A stretch of DNA of 64,000 nucleotides from Candidatus Latescibacterota bacterium (GCA_965217585.1 OZ244561.1:3008001-3072000); one strand, 5' to 3'. Positions 19,501-25,980 are shown, counted from the first letter of the stretch. Notes: generated by a model not told the origin, from the sequence alone. Numbers and translations: made by a program.

Positions 19501-20678
19501 GACGACAGCGAGAATTTCGCTGCGTCCGCTCCACCCACCTTATCGTAGCGCTGGATGGAGTCGTCGTCGTCCTCCGCTGTGACCGTCATTACTGACGTTG
19601 TGTTCTCCTGCACGTCCTTCGCATCTTCGCTGGTGAAGCTCGGTGCCTTGTTGGCTTGCGTCGATCCGGTTCCCGAATTCGACCAACCACTCGTTCCCTC
19701 GTCGCTCTTTGCTCGGATCTGGACTTCGTACTCAGTGCCCTCGTCGAGGCTGCCGATCGTCACCGGCGATCCGGTGGTCGTCCCCTCCGTCCAGTCTTGA
19801 TTCGAAGCGCTCGTCTTCTTGTACTGGTAATCGTAGCCGGTGATTGGCGGCCCCTTGTTTTCTGGAGCCGACCAAGTCACCCTCAGACTCGTCTGAGACA
19901 CCGGCGATACCCCCGGTGCATTAGGCGTGCCCGGCGGCTCCGTCACGTCGTCTACCGTTACTGTGATCGTCTGGGTTGCCGTCTTCACCCGGTTTCCCGT
20001 GCCGCTGGTCGCACGCACCTCCACCACATACACGTTGCCTCCCGAGCCCTGCGGATTCTCGAAGTCTGGTGCCGTGTTAAACGTGAGTGCGCCCGTTGAC
20101 GAATTCAGCGAGAATTTCGCCGCATCCGCCCCGCCCACGATATCGTAGCTCTCGATGTTGTCCTCGCTGTTGCTGTCCGACGCTATGACCGTCAGCACAA
20201 ACGTCTCGTTTTCTCGCACGCTCGCTGTCGCTGAACCACTGAACTCCGGTGCCACGTTGACTTTCGGTGGTGGCGGTGATGTTCCGTCCGGACAGTTCCC
20301 TTCCGAGAAATGATACGAATCGTTTGCTTCATTGTACACTCCCGGTTCCTCCACACATTTATCCCAACCGCCTATACCATCGTCTGTACCGTCCTCCTTT
20401 ATGTGCATATGCCAATGGGTCTTGGCGGGTTTATAGTCATCGTCTGGATGATTTGCTATAAACTCGCTCCAGTGCGCGTTAAGAGTATGCGTGTCACATA
20501 CGTTATCTCCACCCGTTTCACACTTACCTCCCTCGCTAACTAGGACTTTCGGGGTATTATGTCCGAATGTGGGTAATGCCGATGTCATCGAAACGAAGAT
20601 GCAAATGATGAGCGCGAATCCCGTGCGGGAGAGCAAGGTGTTCTCGTTGTGGTACCGAGCGGCAATCACGTCGCGCAC
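4548..20678 (-). CDS. Giant autotransporter adhesin: 3x(cadherin+FN3), many Calx-beta/Ig-like repeats, C-terminal beta-barrel
   Basis: 5376-aa open frame; signal-like hydrophobic N-terminus; Calx-beta motifs (YATADGTA.AG.DY, IIDDD..E..E.F.V.L); KAWLARFGR linker; barrel ending in W; start codon uncertain (20678 or 20636). Confidence 0.9.
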   Translation of the reverse strand: MRDVIAARYHNENTLLSRTGFALIICIFVSMTSALPTFGHNTPKVLVSEGGKCETGGDNVCDTHTLNAHWSEFIANHPDDDYKPAKTHWHMHIKEDGTDDGIGGWDKCVEEPGVYNEANDSYHFSEGNCPDGTSPPPPKVNVAPEFSGSATASVRENETFVLTVIASDSNSEDNIESYDIVGGADAAKFSLNSSTGALTFNTAPDFENPQGSGGNVYVVEVRATSGTGNRVKTATQTITVTVDDVTEPPGTPNAPGVSPVSQTSLRVTWSAPENKGPPITGYDYQYKKTSASNQDWTEGTTTGSPVTIGSLDEGTEYEVQIRAKSDEGTSGWSNSGTGSTQANKAPSFTSEDAKDVQENTTSVMTVTAEDDDDSIQRYDKVGGADAAKFSLSSTGVLRFITAPNFEAPQAAGGGNNYMVEVRATSGTGSRQKTIDQTITVTVTDEDEKPGTPGAPSVSMASETSLMVRWSEPTNTGPPINDYDYRYRTDSPQGSWTEVTNQGDITALEVTIPNLNANTAYDVQIRANSPEGESEWSLEGTGTTGATEANEDPRFTSSSTPSIPENTTSVLPVVAVDDDSQDDIERYSIEGGADRNLFSIVSSTGVLTFKTAPNFEAPQDVGSDNNYVVIVRATSGTGTRERTADQTITVTVTNEPNEKPSTPRAPSVTAESETSLNVNWSAPDNEGPPITDYDYRYKKTSDSDQAWTEETDPLSTELSVTITDLDEGTSYDVQIRATNSNGASEWSPSGTGSTRSTGPNPQPPGPNPNIPETDDTPPETDDTPPETDDTPPETDDTPPETDDTPPETDDTPPGTGGTPSGIPLTPLPKDVTLSFTRTRYEASEGDEVLEFSVQLSKEVGQEAMVTYSTQTGTAKTGEDYEATGGDLTFPAGTTRRTIRVPIIDDDVVEQEETFTVRLIRSNATIGVGEATGVIADNDLPLIIVTTNQTVVEEGETVTFTLTRTSDLTMPLTVPVSITERGAFLADGAPTEATFAENAATTTLQVATVDDEVDEENGAVTATITDGETYQVGDAASATVEITDNDLPLIIVTTNQTVVEEGETVTFTLTRTGNLTVPMTVPVSITERGTFLADGAPTEATFAVNALETTLQMATVDDKVEEENGAVTATITDGETYQIGDAATATVEVTDNDGPDGVETQTDTEVETRTDAEVETQTDTEVETQTDTEVETRTDTEVVKSDVTVSFAAARYEASEDDAALRFAVQLSTASRQEVTVKYATASGTATAGRDYEARTGTLTFPAETTRRTIRVPIIDDNVEEEEETFTVLLRNSNATIGEGRTTGVIADNDLPVVSVEADSTTVVSVEADSTAVVSVEADSTAVVSVEADSTAVVSVEADPTAVEEGGTVAFTLTRVGNLTAPLTVPVRVTERGAFLTDEVPTEATFAANAATTTLLVATDDDGRDEAHGAVTATIMEGPTHQISDAASATVPVTDNDVRGVTVTPTALTIREGGSLSYMIDLDTEPTANVTVAVQVPANAEISVTPTALTFTAANWRTTQMVAVTAAQDADSVADDPVTIRHAVGGGDYGAVPAASVAVTILEDDPPTIRIADAEASEGDGAMAFSVRLSVASIQTVTVEYATADGTAIAGTDYEATTGTLTFPAGRTNQTIRVPIMDDDLDETAEAFTVALSEPENATIEVGKATGVIADNDLPVVSIAADLAGVVEGGTVTFTLTRVGDLTVPLTVPVRVTERGAFLADEVPTEATFTANAATTTLLMATDDDGSDEEHGAVTATITSGATHRVGDAASATVPVIDNDVPGVTVTPTALLVPEGGSANYTVVLDTEPTADVTVAVQVPEDAEVSVDETELTFTAEDWNQAQTVTVTAAQDADAVADDPVVLTHAVSGGDYDTVAAASVAVTILEDDMPTLLIADAAAAEGDGELAFQVRLSVASSKTVTAEYMTSTGTATADKDYETTTGTLIFPALETGQTIRVPIIDDDLDEAAEAFTVALSNASNATIEVGKATGVIADNDLPVVSVAADPTAVEEGATVTFTLTRVGDLTVPMTVPVDVTERGAFLADGAPTEATFDVDAETTTLQVATVDDDVDEVNGAVTATITDGATLRVSESNRATVPVTDNDVRGVTVTPTALMIPEGDSASYTVVLTSEPTANVTVTTQMPEGAEVAVDETELTFTAENWRIPQTITGTAAQDADAVADDPVTIRHAVSGGDYGLVTAASVEVTIIEDDTPTLLIADAAAAEGDGEMAFSVRLSVASSQTVTVDYATADGTATAGTDYGTTTGTLAFPALETTQTIRVPIIDDDLNEAAEAFTVALSNASNATIEDGKATGVIADNDLPVVSVAADPTAVEEGATVTFMLKRVGDLTVPMTVPVDVTERGAFLADGAPTEATFDVDAETTTLQVATVDDDVDEVNGAVTATITDGATLRVSESNRATVPVTDNDVRGVTVTPTALMIPEGDSASYTVVLTSEPTANVTVTTQMPEGAEVAVDETELTFTAENWRIPQTITGTAAQDADAVADDPVTIRHAVSGGDYGLVTAASVEVTIIEDDTPTLLIADAAAAEGDGAMAFSVRLSVASSQTVTVDYATADGTATAGTDYGTTTGTLAFPALETTQTIRVPIIDDDLNEAAEAFTVALSNASNATIEEGKATGVIADNDLPVVSVAADPAAVEEGATVTFTLTRVGDLTVPLTVPVDVTERGAFLADGAPTEAMFAVGAINTTLQVATVDDDVDEVNGAVTATITDGATLRVSESNRATVPVTDNDVRGVTVTPTALTVPEGDSASYTVVLTSEPTANVTVAVQVPEDAEVAVDETELTFTAENWRIPQTITGTAAQDADAVADDPVTIRHAVSGGDYGLVTAASVEATIIEDDTPTLLIADAAAAEGDGAMAFSVRLSVASSQTVTVDYATADGTATAGTDYGTTTGTLAFPALETTQTIRVPIIDDDLNEAAEAFTVALSNASNATIEEGKATGVIADNDRPVVSVAADPAAVEEGATVTFTLTRVGDLTVPLTVPVDVTERGAFLADGAPTEAMFAVGAINTTLQVATVDDDVDEVNGAVTATITDGATLRVSESNRATVPVTDNDVRGVTVTPTALTVPEGDSASYTVVLTSEPTANVTVAVQVPEDAEVAVDETELTFTAENWRIPQTITGTAAQDADAVADDPVTIRHAVSGGNYGLVTAASVEATIIEDDTPTLLIADAAAAEGDGAMAFSVRLSVASSQTVTVDYATADGTATAGTDYGTTTGTLAFPALETTQTIRVPIIDDDLNEAAEAFTVALSNASNATIEEGEATGVIADNDRPVVSVAADPAAVEEGATVTFTLTRVGDLTVPMTVPVDVTERGAFLADGAPTKATFDVDAETTTLQVATDDDERDEADGAVTATITDGATHRVSESNRATAPVTDNDVRGVTVTPTALTVPEGSSTSYTVVLDTEPTANVTVAVQVPEDAEVAVDETELTFTAENWNQAQTVTVTAVHDDDAVADDPVVLTHAVRGGNYGTVTAESVTVTITENDTPELSITDGAAAEGDEVLEFTVTLNVASSQTVTVEYATADSTAMADTDYEGTTGTLTFPVLETAQTIRVPIIDDDLDEAAEAFTVALSNASNATSGDGEATGVIADNDLPVVSVAADPTAVEEGATVTFTLTRVGDLTVPLTVPVDVTERGAFLADGAPTEATFDVDAETTTLQVATDDDERDEADGAVTATITDGATHRVSESNRATAPVTDNDVRGVTVTPTALTVPEGDSASYTVVLTSEPTANVTVAVQVPEDAEVAVDETELTFTAENWRIPQTVTVTAVHDDDAVADDPVVLTHAVRGGDYGTVTAESVTVTITENDTPELSITDGAAAEGDEVLEFTVTLNVASSQTVTVEYATADSTAMADTDYEGTTGTLTFPVLETAQTIRVPIIDDDLDEAAEAFTVLLSEPKNATIKNGEATGVITDNDLPVVSVAADPAAVEEGGTMTFTLTRVGDLTVPLTVPLSVTERGAFLADGAPSEAVFAVDASNATLKVATDDDERDEADGAVTATVTDGATHRAGDAASATVPVIDNDERGVTVTPTALTVDEGGSASYTVVLTSEPTADVTVVIQVPEDTDITVAPSALTFTAANWNQAQTVKVTAAQDADAVADDPVVLTHAISGGDYEGISAAGVVVSITEDDTAEVTISTAALEVPEGDSKSYTMVLTSQPTADVTVAVQVPEDTDITVAPSALMFTTDNWNQAQTVAVTAAHDDDAVADDPVMLTHAVSGGDYEGISAAGVVVSITEDDTAEVTISTAALEVPEGASKSYTMVLTSQPTANVPVAVQVPEDTDIAVAPSALTFTAANWNQAQTVAVTAAHDDDAVADDPVVLTHAVSGGDYEGISAAGVVVSITEDDTAEVTISTAALEVPEGDSKSYTMVLTSQPTANVTVAVQVPEDTDITVDQTELTFTAANWNQAQTISVTAAHDDDAVADDPVMLTHAISGGDYEGISAAGVVVSITEDDTAEVTISTAALEVPEGASKSYTMVLTSQPTANVTVAVQVPEDADITVDQTELTFTAANWNQAQTVKVTAAQDADAVADDPVMLTHAVSGGDYEGISAAGVVVSITEDDTAEVTISTAALEVPEGDSKSYTMVLTSQPTANVTVAVQVPEDADITVDQTELTFTAANWNQAQTVAVTAAHDDDAVADDPVMLTHAVSGGDYEGISAADVEVTISEDDTPALTIADAEAAEGDEQITFTVRLNMASSLEVTVDWTTADGTATQGADYAETTGTLRFNALETEQTITVPLLDDALDEADETFTVALTNAANATLDDAEATGTIADNDDTPALTIADAEAAEGDGEITFAVTLEAVSGLEVTVDWTTADGTATADADYAATEGRLTFAPGQTEQTLAVAMFNDALDEADETFTIAVSNPANATIADGTATGTITDDDPSVEKAWLARFGRTTASQVMDAVSDRLTGRSGGGAHLTVGGQRVTLEAMSGRGWANASGRAVPTKNASFSDVLSRHPFYHLTRSSFADILSRSSFQVSSAGSGEEQGTRWTAWGRGATTRFRSEEVDLSLTGGAATGLLGGDWQQGRMLAGLAVAHSVGTGEFDVHTAAEPFRKGELESYLTSVHPYLRVAVTERLSAWGLLGYGRGQMERMGDRSDAGIGMQMGGLGARGALLSPTASSDFDVALKSDAFLVRMDTDAAIRPALETLTSRLRLLLEGSRSVELSSGRMSPSLEVGMRHDGGDAETGLGLEVGGGLGYTNRQRGLALQATARRLLVHQDNGYEEWGVGGSVNLDPGALGRGLALRLRSSWGTATSGMGRLWSQRTAADLARPTRADEGGLFNAEMGYGLGALDGLLTPYANVASSGRGTRTYGLGGRLRVERSLRVELAGERRERRAAQPGHALKLRSTLYW
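6620..8550. repeat. 324-bp (108-aa) tandem repeat within adhesin, about 5-6 units
   Basis: GATCGTCACCTCGGCGGTGTCG recurs every 324 bp (about 6925, 7249, 7573, 7897, 8221). Confidence 0.9.
8550..16900. repeat. 969-bp (323-aa, three-domain) tandem repeat within adhesin, about 9 units
   Basis: VTVTPTAL-coding segment recurs every 969 bp from about 8547 to 16299; shadow ORFs at 11635/12604/13573/14542 share the period. Confidence 0.9.
16601..16750. repeat. 30-bp tandem repeat x5 (VVSVEADSTA)
   Basis: CTGTCGAGTCTGCTTCGACGCTGACCACTG repeated. Confidence 0.95.
17092..17214. repeat. 24-bp tandem repeat x5 (ETQTDTEV)
   Basis: ACCTCTGTATCGGTCTGCGTCTCA-like unit repeated. Confidence 0.95.
18242..18372. 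repeat. 21-bp tandem repeat x6 (ETDDTPP)
   Basis: CCGGTGGGGTGTCGTCTGTTT perfectly repeated. Confidence 0.95.
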
Positions 20679-20983
20679 TCGCTCGGTGGCGTTGACATGG
20701 AGGGACCAGGCGGCAAATAATCGGTGAGACGCATTATTATCCTAAGGGGCCTGGCAAAACAGGCACCGATCAGCGGGGAAATATTCTAAGAGCTTGAAGA
20801 GCAGCGATAACCTGAAGGCGATTGCTTGACAAACACCTTCAGTACCGTGGGGGGGGAGGATACTTTAAAAATATACTATATAAGATGCTATATGGAAAGG
20901 AGATACTACATATTGAATGGGACGATATATCGTCTAAAAACAATCAGATTGGCCCATAGACGACTTGGTAACAGGTGTTTATA

Positions 20984-21028
20984 ACAAAGGTCTATTTATC
21001 GCTCCTGAGACGATAAATAGACCTTTGT
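20984..21028. terminator. 18-bp perfect inverted repeat, probable terminator of metalloprotease operon
   Basis: ACAAAGGTCTATTTATCG-N9-CGATAAATAGACCTTTGT, just past the stop at 21035. Confidence 0.7.
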
Positions 21029-21034
21029 ATTTTT

Positions 21035-23737
21035 TTATAAACTCCGCTCCAAACCGGCCTCCAGCGCAGCCTCAATCCGCGCCTTGGTCTCTTCGAGATG
21101 AGCGCGGCTGTACGCGTCCAGACCGCTGCCTTCTAGCCGCGTCTTGATCTGTGCGGCGATGGTCTGCAAATCCGCTCGGGCCAAGGTGCGGGCATCCTCG
21201 GGCGTCCCTCGGGCGGGTCGGAGCACCAGCCCGATCAGTTTTTGTAGCTGTGCCCGCTGCAAGTTGCGGCGAAAGCTGTCGATGGAGCTACCCGTCTCCA
21301 ACTCCGCCCAGATAGCCTGCCGCAGTCCAGCAAACAGATCGACCATCCCGAAGGTCTCGTCGCCTTCGTAGCGCAGCTCCAGATCCTGTAGCCGGCTCAG
21401 CAGAGTTGGATCGTAGAACCGGTCGAGCGGCCGCCGTTGGATGCTCAGCACCCTATCGTGGATGGGATAGTCGATCCGCCGCACGTCGAACACCGACCAA
21501 GTGAAATCCACCCAGCGCTCCGGTGCCAGCTTGTTGAGCAACTCCGGCGACCAGCGGAAGGCGTCCGGCCCGAACACGTGCTTCACCAGAAAGTCGAGCG
21601 CCTCTCGCTGCCGGGCGGGCGGCACTGGCTGTAATGGGAGCCGTCCATCGCCGACGTGGTCGCGGTAGTGATACAGGCCGCCGATGTAGCGGCTGACATT
21701 GCCCGCCCCCGAAAAGTAGGGCCTAAAGCCCCAGCCGAATACCCGCCGCAGGGTTTGGTAGCGCTCGCCCTTCTGCTCGAATTTGTCCTCCACTTTGGCC
21801 CACAGCTCTTTCGATAGGGCGATCTGGTCGCGGTAGTGGGCAATCGGGTCGTCGCGCAAGTCCCAGCGCGCCGCGCTCGGATCGATCCCCCGGGTCCAGT
21901 ACAGGGCGTCCTCGTCCGTGCCGTAGGCCAGATCTTTCTCCGCGACTTGGCCGGCGATCTTGGCCAGTTGGGCTTGCTCGCTCGCGGGACTGTCCGCCTC
22001 TACCGGCCGGTAGGCGTATTCGATGGCCCAGTAGTCGTACGGCCCCAGCGTCGTCTGGTAGTACTCCCCCTGCTTGTGCCCCTCTGGGGCGATATTGACC
22101 GGATTGTAGTCCATTACCGAACTGGAGATGCCCTCTTTGTCGGTGACGCGATGGTCGTGTAGCTCGTCGAGTGCGTGGATGGTGCTGCCCTTGAAATTGT
22201 GCCGCAGGCCGAGGGTGTGGCCCACTTCGTGCGCGATCAACTCGACGATTAGCTGGCGAATGAATTCCTTTTCGTCCACCTCGCCCCCGCCAGCCGCGGC
22301 CCGAGCTTCCAGCAAGTGCCACCCGAAAGCGGCCTCCTGCCTCAGCCCGTCGGCCATGTCGCAGAATCCCCTGTTGTAGTTCCCGGTCAGCCCCATAGCC
22401 GCGGCGAGCGAATCAGGCCCTCGTCCCACAGGATCGACCAGTTCGGTGAACTCTAAGTGGGCATAGCGGATAAAGTCCGCGCTGATCCGTATATCGGCGT
22501 CGAAAATCTCGCCGGTAAAGGGATTGGTACGCGACGGCCCCACCGCGTACCCCTGGCCGGGCTGCACCATCCAGCGCACCGAGTTGTAGCGCACGTCGGC
22601 TGCGTCCCACTCGGCGTCGTCCGGCTGCTGCTTGGCCACAATCGCCCCCTCAAAGCCGAGCGGCTCGAATGCCTTATTCCACACCAGAATCCCCTCCTGC
22701 ACCGCGTCCCGGTACTCCGGTGGAATCGTGTTTTCCAGCCAGAACACAATCGGCTTTTTGGGAGGCGATTGGTCAAACTTGGGCTCGGCTTTCTCTAGAT
22801 GCCAGCGATTGATGTAGCGTACGTACGGATCGTCCTTGAGCACCGAGGTGTAGTCCTGGTGCAAGGTCGTGAAATGCCCCACTCGGTCGTCGGCCAAGCG
22901 CGGGCGAAAATCCGACTCGGGCAGACTGGACAGGCTGTAGTGGTAGATGTGCTGGAAACTCCGCGTATCCGCCAAGGTGGGGATGTCTCTTTGGGGTGAG
23001 TCGGTCGCAAAGTGCAGCACTACGTCGATCTCGGTATTGTGCGGGAAATTCTTCAACGCGCCGAAATAGCTGTTGTCGCTGTCGAAGCTATACGAACCCT
23101 TTTTGAGGTACTCGCTGAAGAAGGAACTTACCAAGGCGATGTCCTGAACGAAGAAATCATTCGGGTCCACCAGCACCGCGCCGGTTTCGGGGTGAGGCTG
23201 TCCCTCAATGCTGCCGACGCCGAGAATCGAGTCGGACAGGCCCCGGTCCACGGCCCGGTGGATGGCCGCGTCCGGCTCGGCCCGGTAATACACATTCTTG
23301 TGAGCGAAGAACACCTTTTTGCCGACCCGCTGAAAAACAAAGGGAAACGTGCCCCAGCCCCGACCTATGGAGACCAGTGAGGCCGAATCAAAGAAGTAGC
23401 CGTCTCCCTGTGTGCGCGTGATGCTGCACAGGTGGATCTGGTCGAACTGGTCGGGCCGAATGGCCAGGAATACTTTGTTCTCCTCTGGATCCCGGTACAG
23501 CTCGAACAGGCCTTCGATCTTGTCAAAGTCCTTGATTACTTTCGCAAATTTGGGGCTTTTGTCTTCCTCGTCTTCCTCGTCCTCTTTGTCCTTTTCGTCC
23601 TCTTCGTCCTCTTCGTCCTTTTCCTTGTCGGCGGCCTCTTCCTCGACGGCCTCTTCTTTTTCCTCCTTCGCCCAGACGGTCCCCACCCCCCATAAGCCGA
23701 GGATGGCGACCAGCAATATCCATTTGAATGCGCGCAT
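21035..23737 (-). CDS. Secreted zinc metalloprotease (metzincin; DUF5117/DUF4953, EcxA-like)
   Basis: Signal peptide, acidic linker, RLADDRVGHF, HEVGHTLGLRHN, SSVMDY Met-turn. Confidence 0.9.
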   Translation of the reverse strand: MRAFKWILLVAILGLWGVGTVWAKEEKEEAVEEEAADKEKDEEDEEDEKDKEDEEDEEDKSPKFAKVIKDFDKIEGLFELYRDPEENKVFLAIRPDQFDQIHLCSITRTQGDGYFFDSASLVSIGRGWGTFPFVFQRVGKKVFFAHKNVYYRAEPDAAIHRAVDRGLSDSILGVGSIEGQPHPETGAVLVDPNDFFVQDIALVSSFFSEYLKKGSYSFDSDNSYFGALKNFPHNTEIDVVLHFATDSPQRDIPTLADTRSFQHIYHYSLSSLPESDFRPRLADDRVGHFTTLHQDYTSVLKDDPYVRYINRWHLEKAEPKFDQSPPKKPIVFWLENTIPPEYRDAVQEGILVWNKAFEPLGFEGAIVAKQQPDDAEWDAADVRYNSVRWMVQPGQGYAVGPSRTNPFTGEIFDADIRISADFIRYAHLEFTELVDPVGRGPDSLAAAMGLTGNYNRGFCDMADGLRQEAAFGWHLLEARAAAGGGEVDEKEFIRQLIVELIAHEVGHTLGLRHNFKGSTIHALDELHDHRVTDKEGISSSVMDYNPVNIAPEGHKQGEYYQTTLGPYDYWAIEYAYRPVEADSPASEQAQLAKIAGQVAEKDLAYGTDEDALYWTRGIDPSAARWDLRDDPIAHYRDQIALSKELWAKVEDKFEQKGERYQTLRRVFGWGFRPYFSGAGNVSRYIGGLYHYRDHVGDGRLPLQPVPPARQREALDFLVKHVFGPDAFRWSPELLNKLAPERWVDFTWSVFDVRRIDYPIHDRVLSIQRRPLDRFYDPTLLSRLQDLELRYEGDETFGMVDLFAGLRQAIWAELETGSSIDSFRRNLQRAQLQKLIGLVLRPARGTPEDARTLARADLQTIAAQIKTRLEGSGLDAYSRAHLEETKARIEAALEAGLERSL

Positions 23738-23779
23738 AGTACTACTCAGCTCCAATCTCAGGTTGCCTCGTGGTTTGGA

Positions 23780-24199
23780 TTATTCACAGTAAACTCGGAC
23801 CTTGTCGTCCCCATCCTGGATATTGACCTCGATATCGCTTAGTGCGTCTATGAGCTGATCGAGGTCCTCGGTTCGCAGGTTGTGAATGTCGATGTCGATG
23901 CCGTTTCTCTCCATCGTCTTGTTGATGCCCTGCGCTGCCTGATCCGGAAGCAGGTTGTGCAGCTTGACTCCGGCCTTGATCAGCGCCAGCGGCACCCGGA
24001 CGTCGACGTGCTCGTCCCCGTCCGAGGCGATGGTGACTCGCAGATACCGGGCCGCTCCCGTGCGGGGGGGGGCTAGCGGCTGTACCGCTGTAGTCGCCTC
24101 TGGACCCTCGTCAACGAGGGAAAGCAGGCGCTCGGCCTCATCGACGGACACCTTGCCTTCGGATAGCATCTCGAGTACGCGTCTGCTGTTTTCGTTCAT
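23780..24199 (-). CDS. SHOCT-like domain protein (YvlB N-terminal-like)
   Basis: RVLEMLSEGKVSVDEAERLL; VDVRVPL C-terminal domain. Confidence 0.75.
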   Translation of the reverse strand: MNENSRRVLEMLSEGKVSVDEAERLLSLVDEGPEATTAVQPLAPPRTGAARYLRVTIASDGDEHVDVRVPLALIKAGVKLHNLLPDQAAQGINKTMERNGIDIDIHNLRTEDLDQLIDALSDIEVNIQDGDDKVRVYCE

Positions 24200-24229
24200 G
24201 GCTGTCCTCCTGTTCGTTGCTGAGTTTGG

Positions 24230-25276
24230 CTACTGAATCGCAATGGAGCCGTTCACGGTCTTGGCGGTCAATTCGGCCTCACCTTCGCCCACCGTCCCCT
24301 TGAGCTTGTGGCGCTTATCGACCGACGCGACGAAGCCCGGCACCTCGCAGCGGACTCGCCCGTTGACCGTCGCAGCCGTTAGCTTGAGGCTCGGCTCGGC
24401 GTCCAGCGCTACCTTTATGTTGCCGTTCGAGGTGGCTAGCCTGTTGCCGTTTCCGGGCTCGATGCTCCCCTGAAACTTTATCGACCCGTTGGTCGTCCGC
24501 GCATCGAAGCGGCCGTGTGCGTCCTCGATGGACACGCGACTGTTTAAGGTGGCGAGCACGGCCGAGCCTGAGAGCGTCTTGACCGTGATTGGGGCGTTTT
24601 TGGTCGTCGCGTTCAGGTCGCCCTTGAAATTTTCGACCCTTATGGGCCCGTTCTTGGTATGTACCGCTCCACCGCCTTCCGTTCCCTGGAGTTCCACCGG
24701 CCCGTTGCTAGTCGCCAAGTCAACGCTAGTTGTGACGGGCACAGTCACCTCAATATTTGCTCCGGAGCGCTGGCGGGAGAATCCGTGCAGGAATTCCTCG
24801 GATTGCCGATCCGACTTGGCCTCGACCGTGACGAGGTCGCCTTCCTGCACGGCGCTGTACTCGATGCCGTGGGGGTTCTTCAGCCTGGCCCGCACGCGAA
24901 TTGAGCCGGGGCTGCCGGCATGGACCCGGATGCGGCCGTTGAAGCCGCGCACTACAAGGCGCGGGTTGTCGCCCACTGCGAAAGTGTCGTCGCGCATGGA
25001 CGTCTTGCCCTCCTTGTCGCGGGCGTCGTTTTCGCTCTCTGACCACCCGGATAGAGATTCTTCAAGTCCTTCGAGTCCTTCTTCGAGTCCTTCGAGGGTG
25101 TCTTGCACCGCCTCAACGCCAGGTATCGGAGGTATCGGAGCATCAATTCCGCACCCCTTGCGGGTTTTGACGCGGTGGGTGCCTTGCAGCGCCTCCAAGA
25201 GACGCTCGGCCTCCTCTACAGTCACCTTCCCCTCCGCGAGCATGTCGAGGACTCTGCGTCGCTCTTCAGTCATCAC
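24230..25276 (-). CDS. SHOCT-like + DUF4097 beta-strand repeat protein (YvlB/LiaX-like)
   Basis: RVLDMLAEGKVTVEEAERLL; repeated TxNG motifs. Confidence 0.8.
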   Translation of the reverse strand: MMTEERRRVLDMLAEGKVTVEEAERLLEALQGTHRVKTRKGCGIDAPIPPIPGVEAVQDTLEGLEEGLEGLEESLSGWSESENDARDKEGKTSMRDDTFAVGDNPRLVVRGFNGRIRVHAGSPGSIRVRARLKNPHGIEYSAVQEGDLVTVEAKSDRQSEEFLHGFSRQRSGANIEVTVPVTTSVDLATSNGPVELQGTEGGGAVHTKNGPIRVENFKGDLNATTKNAPITVKTLSGSAVLATLNSRVSIEDAHGRFDARTTNGSIKFQGSIEPGNGNRLATSNGNIKVALDAEPSLKLTAATVNGRVRCEVPGFVASVDKRHKLKGTVGEGEAELTAKTVNGSIAIQ

Positions 25277-25282
25277 AGCCTC

Positions 25283-25558
25283 CTAGTCGATTGAAATGAA
25301 CACGCGATCCTCGCCAGAGACTACGTCGAAGCGTAGGCCGCGCAGCGAGGCAAGCACGTACAGAAGTAAAGGGCCGGCCAGCAGGACGGAACGACCCCGA
25401 GTGCGGTGCCCTGAGCGCGCCGCTACTAGTAATGCAACAGGTGTCCCCAGCAGCACCACGACGAGAATGACCGGCCACAGCACTATGAGCGGGATCCACA
25501 GCCGAATGCGGCGTTTGTCGTTCTGGACCCGTACTCTCAGGAACACCGGTGGCAGCAT
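25283..25558 (-). CDS. Small membrane protein of DUF2089 operon
   Basis: IRLWIPL plus two hydrophobic segments; start overlaps upstream stop. Confidence 0.7.
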   Translation of the reverse strand: MLPPVFLRVRVQNDKRRIRLWIPLIVLWPVILVVVLLGTPVALLVAARSGHRTRGRSVLLAGPLLLYVLASLRGLRFDVVSGEDRVFISID

Positions 25559-25947
25559 CAGGAGAGCCTCCGCAGCGCCTCTTCGACGTCGATCTCGCCG
25601 CTGTCTAGGCTGTCGAGTACTGCCGCCGATTGAGGACTCAAGCGTGGTGGGCTAGCCGATTCTGTGGTTCGAGGTACCGTCTCGACGAACTGTAGCTGCT
25701 CTGCAATGGCATTCAACCGGTTCTTAACTGTCGGGTAGCTGATGCCAAATATGCGCTCCATCTCCTTGATCGAGCCGTGGACTTGGACGAAGGCCATTGC
25801 GAATACCTGGTCCTCGGCGGAAAGACGCGCCAAAATAGGCAGCTCGAATTGCCCTTCGATCGCGATATCGCTGTCCGGCAAGGAAACCCGTTCCACTACG
25901 ATACGCGCCCCCTTCGTCAGATCGGTTAGCTCTTTCCAGTCTTTGAT
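25558..25947 (-). CDS. DUF2089 family HTH regulator with C-terminal SHOCT-like motif (probable ATC start)
   Basis: GSIKEMERIFGISYPTVKNRL; frame extends to GGAGGT-N6-ATC AAA GAC TGG. Confidence 0.8.
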   Translation of the reverse strand: MKDWKELTDLTKGARIVVERVSLPDSDIAIEGQFELPILARLSAEDQVFAMAFVQVHGSIKEMERIFGISYPTVKNRLNAIAEQLQFVETVPRTTESASPPRLSPQSAAVLDSLDSGEIDVEEALRRLS

Positions 25948-25980
25948 GGCGATACCTCCAAATAATTAAATTTAGGCGTA

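Noticed and set aside
4675-20727. Many plus-strand ORFs over the adhesin
   Set aside because: Antisense shadow frames of a GC-rich repetitive gene
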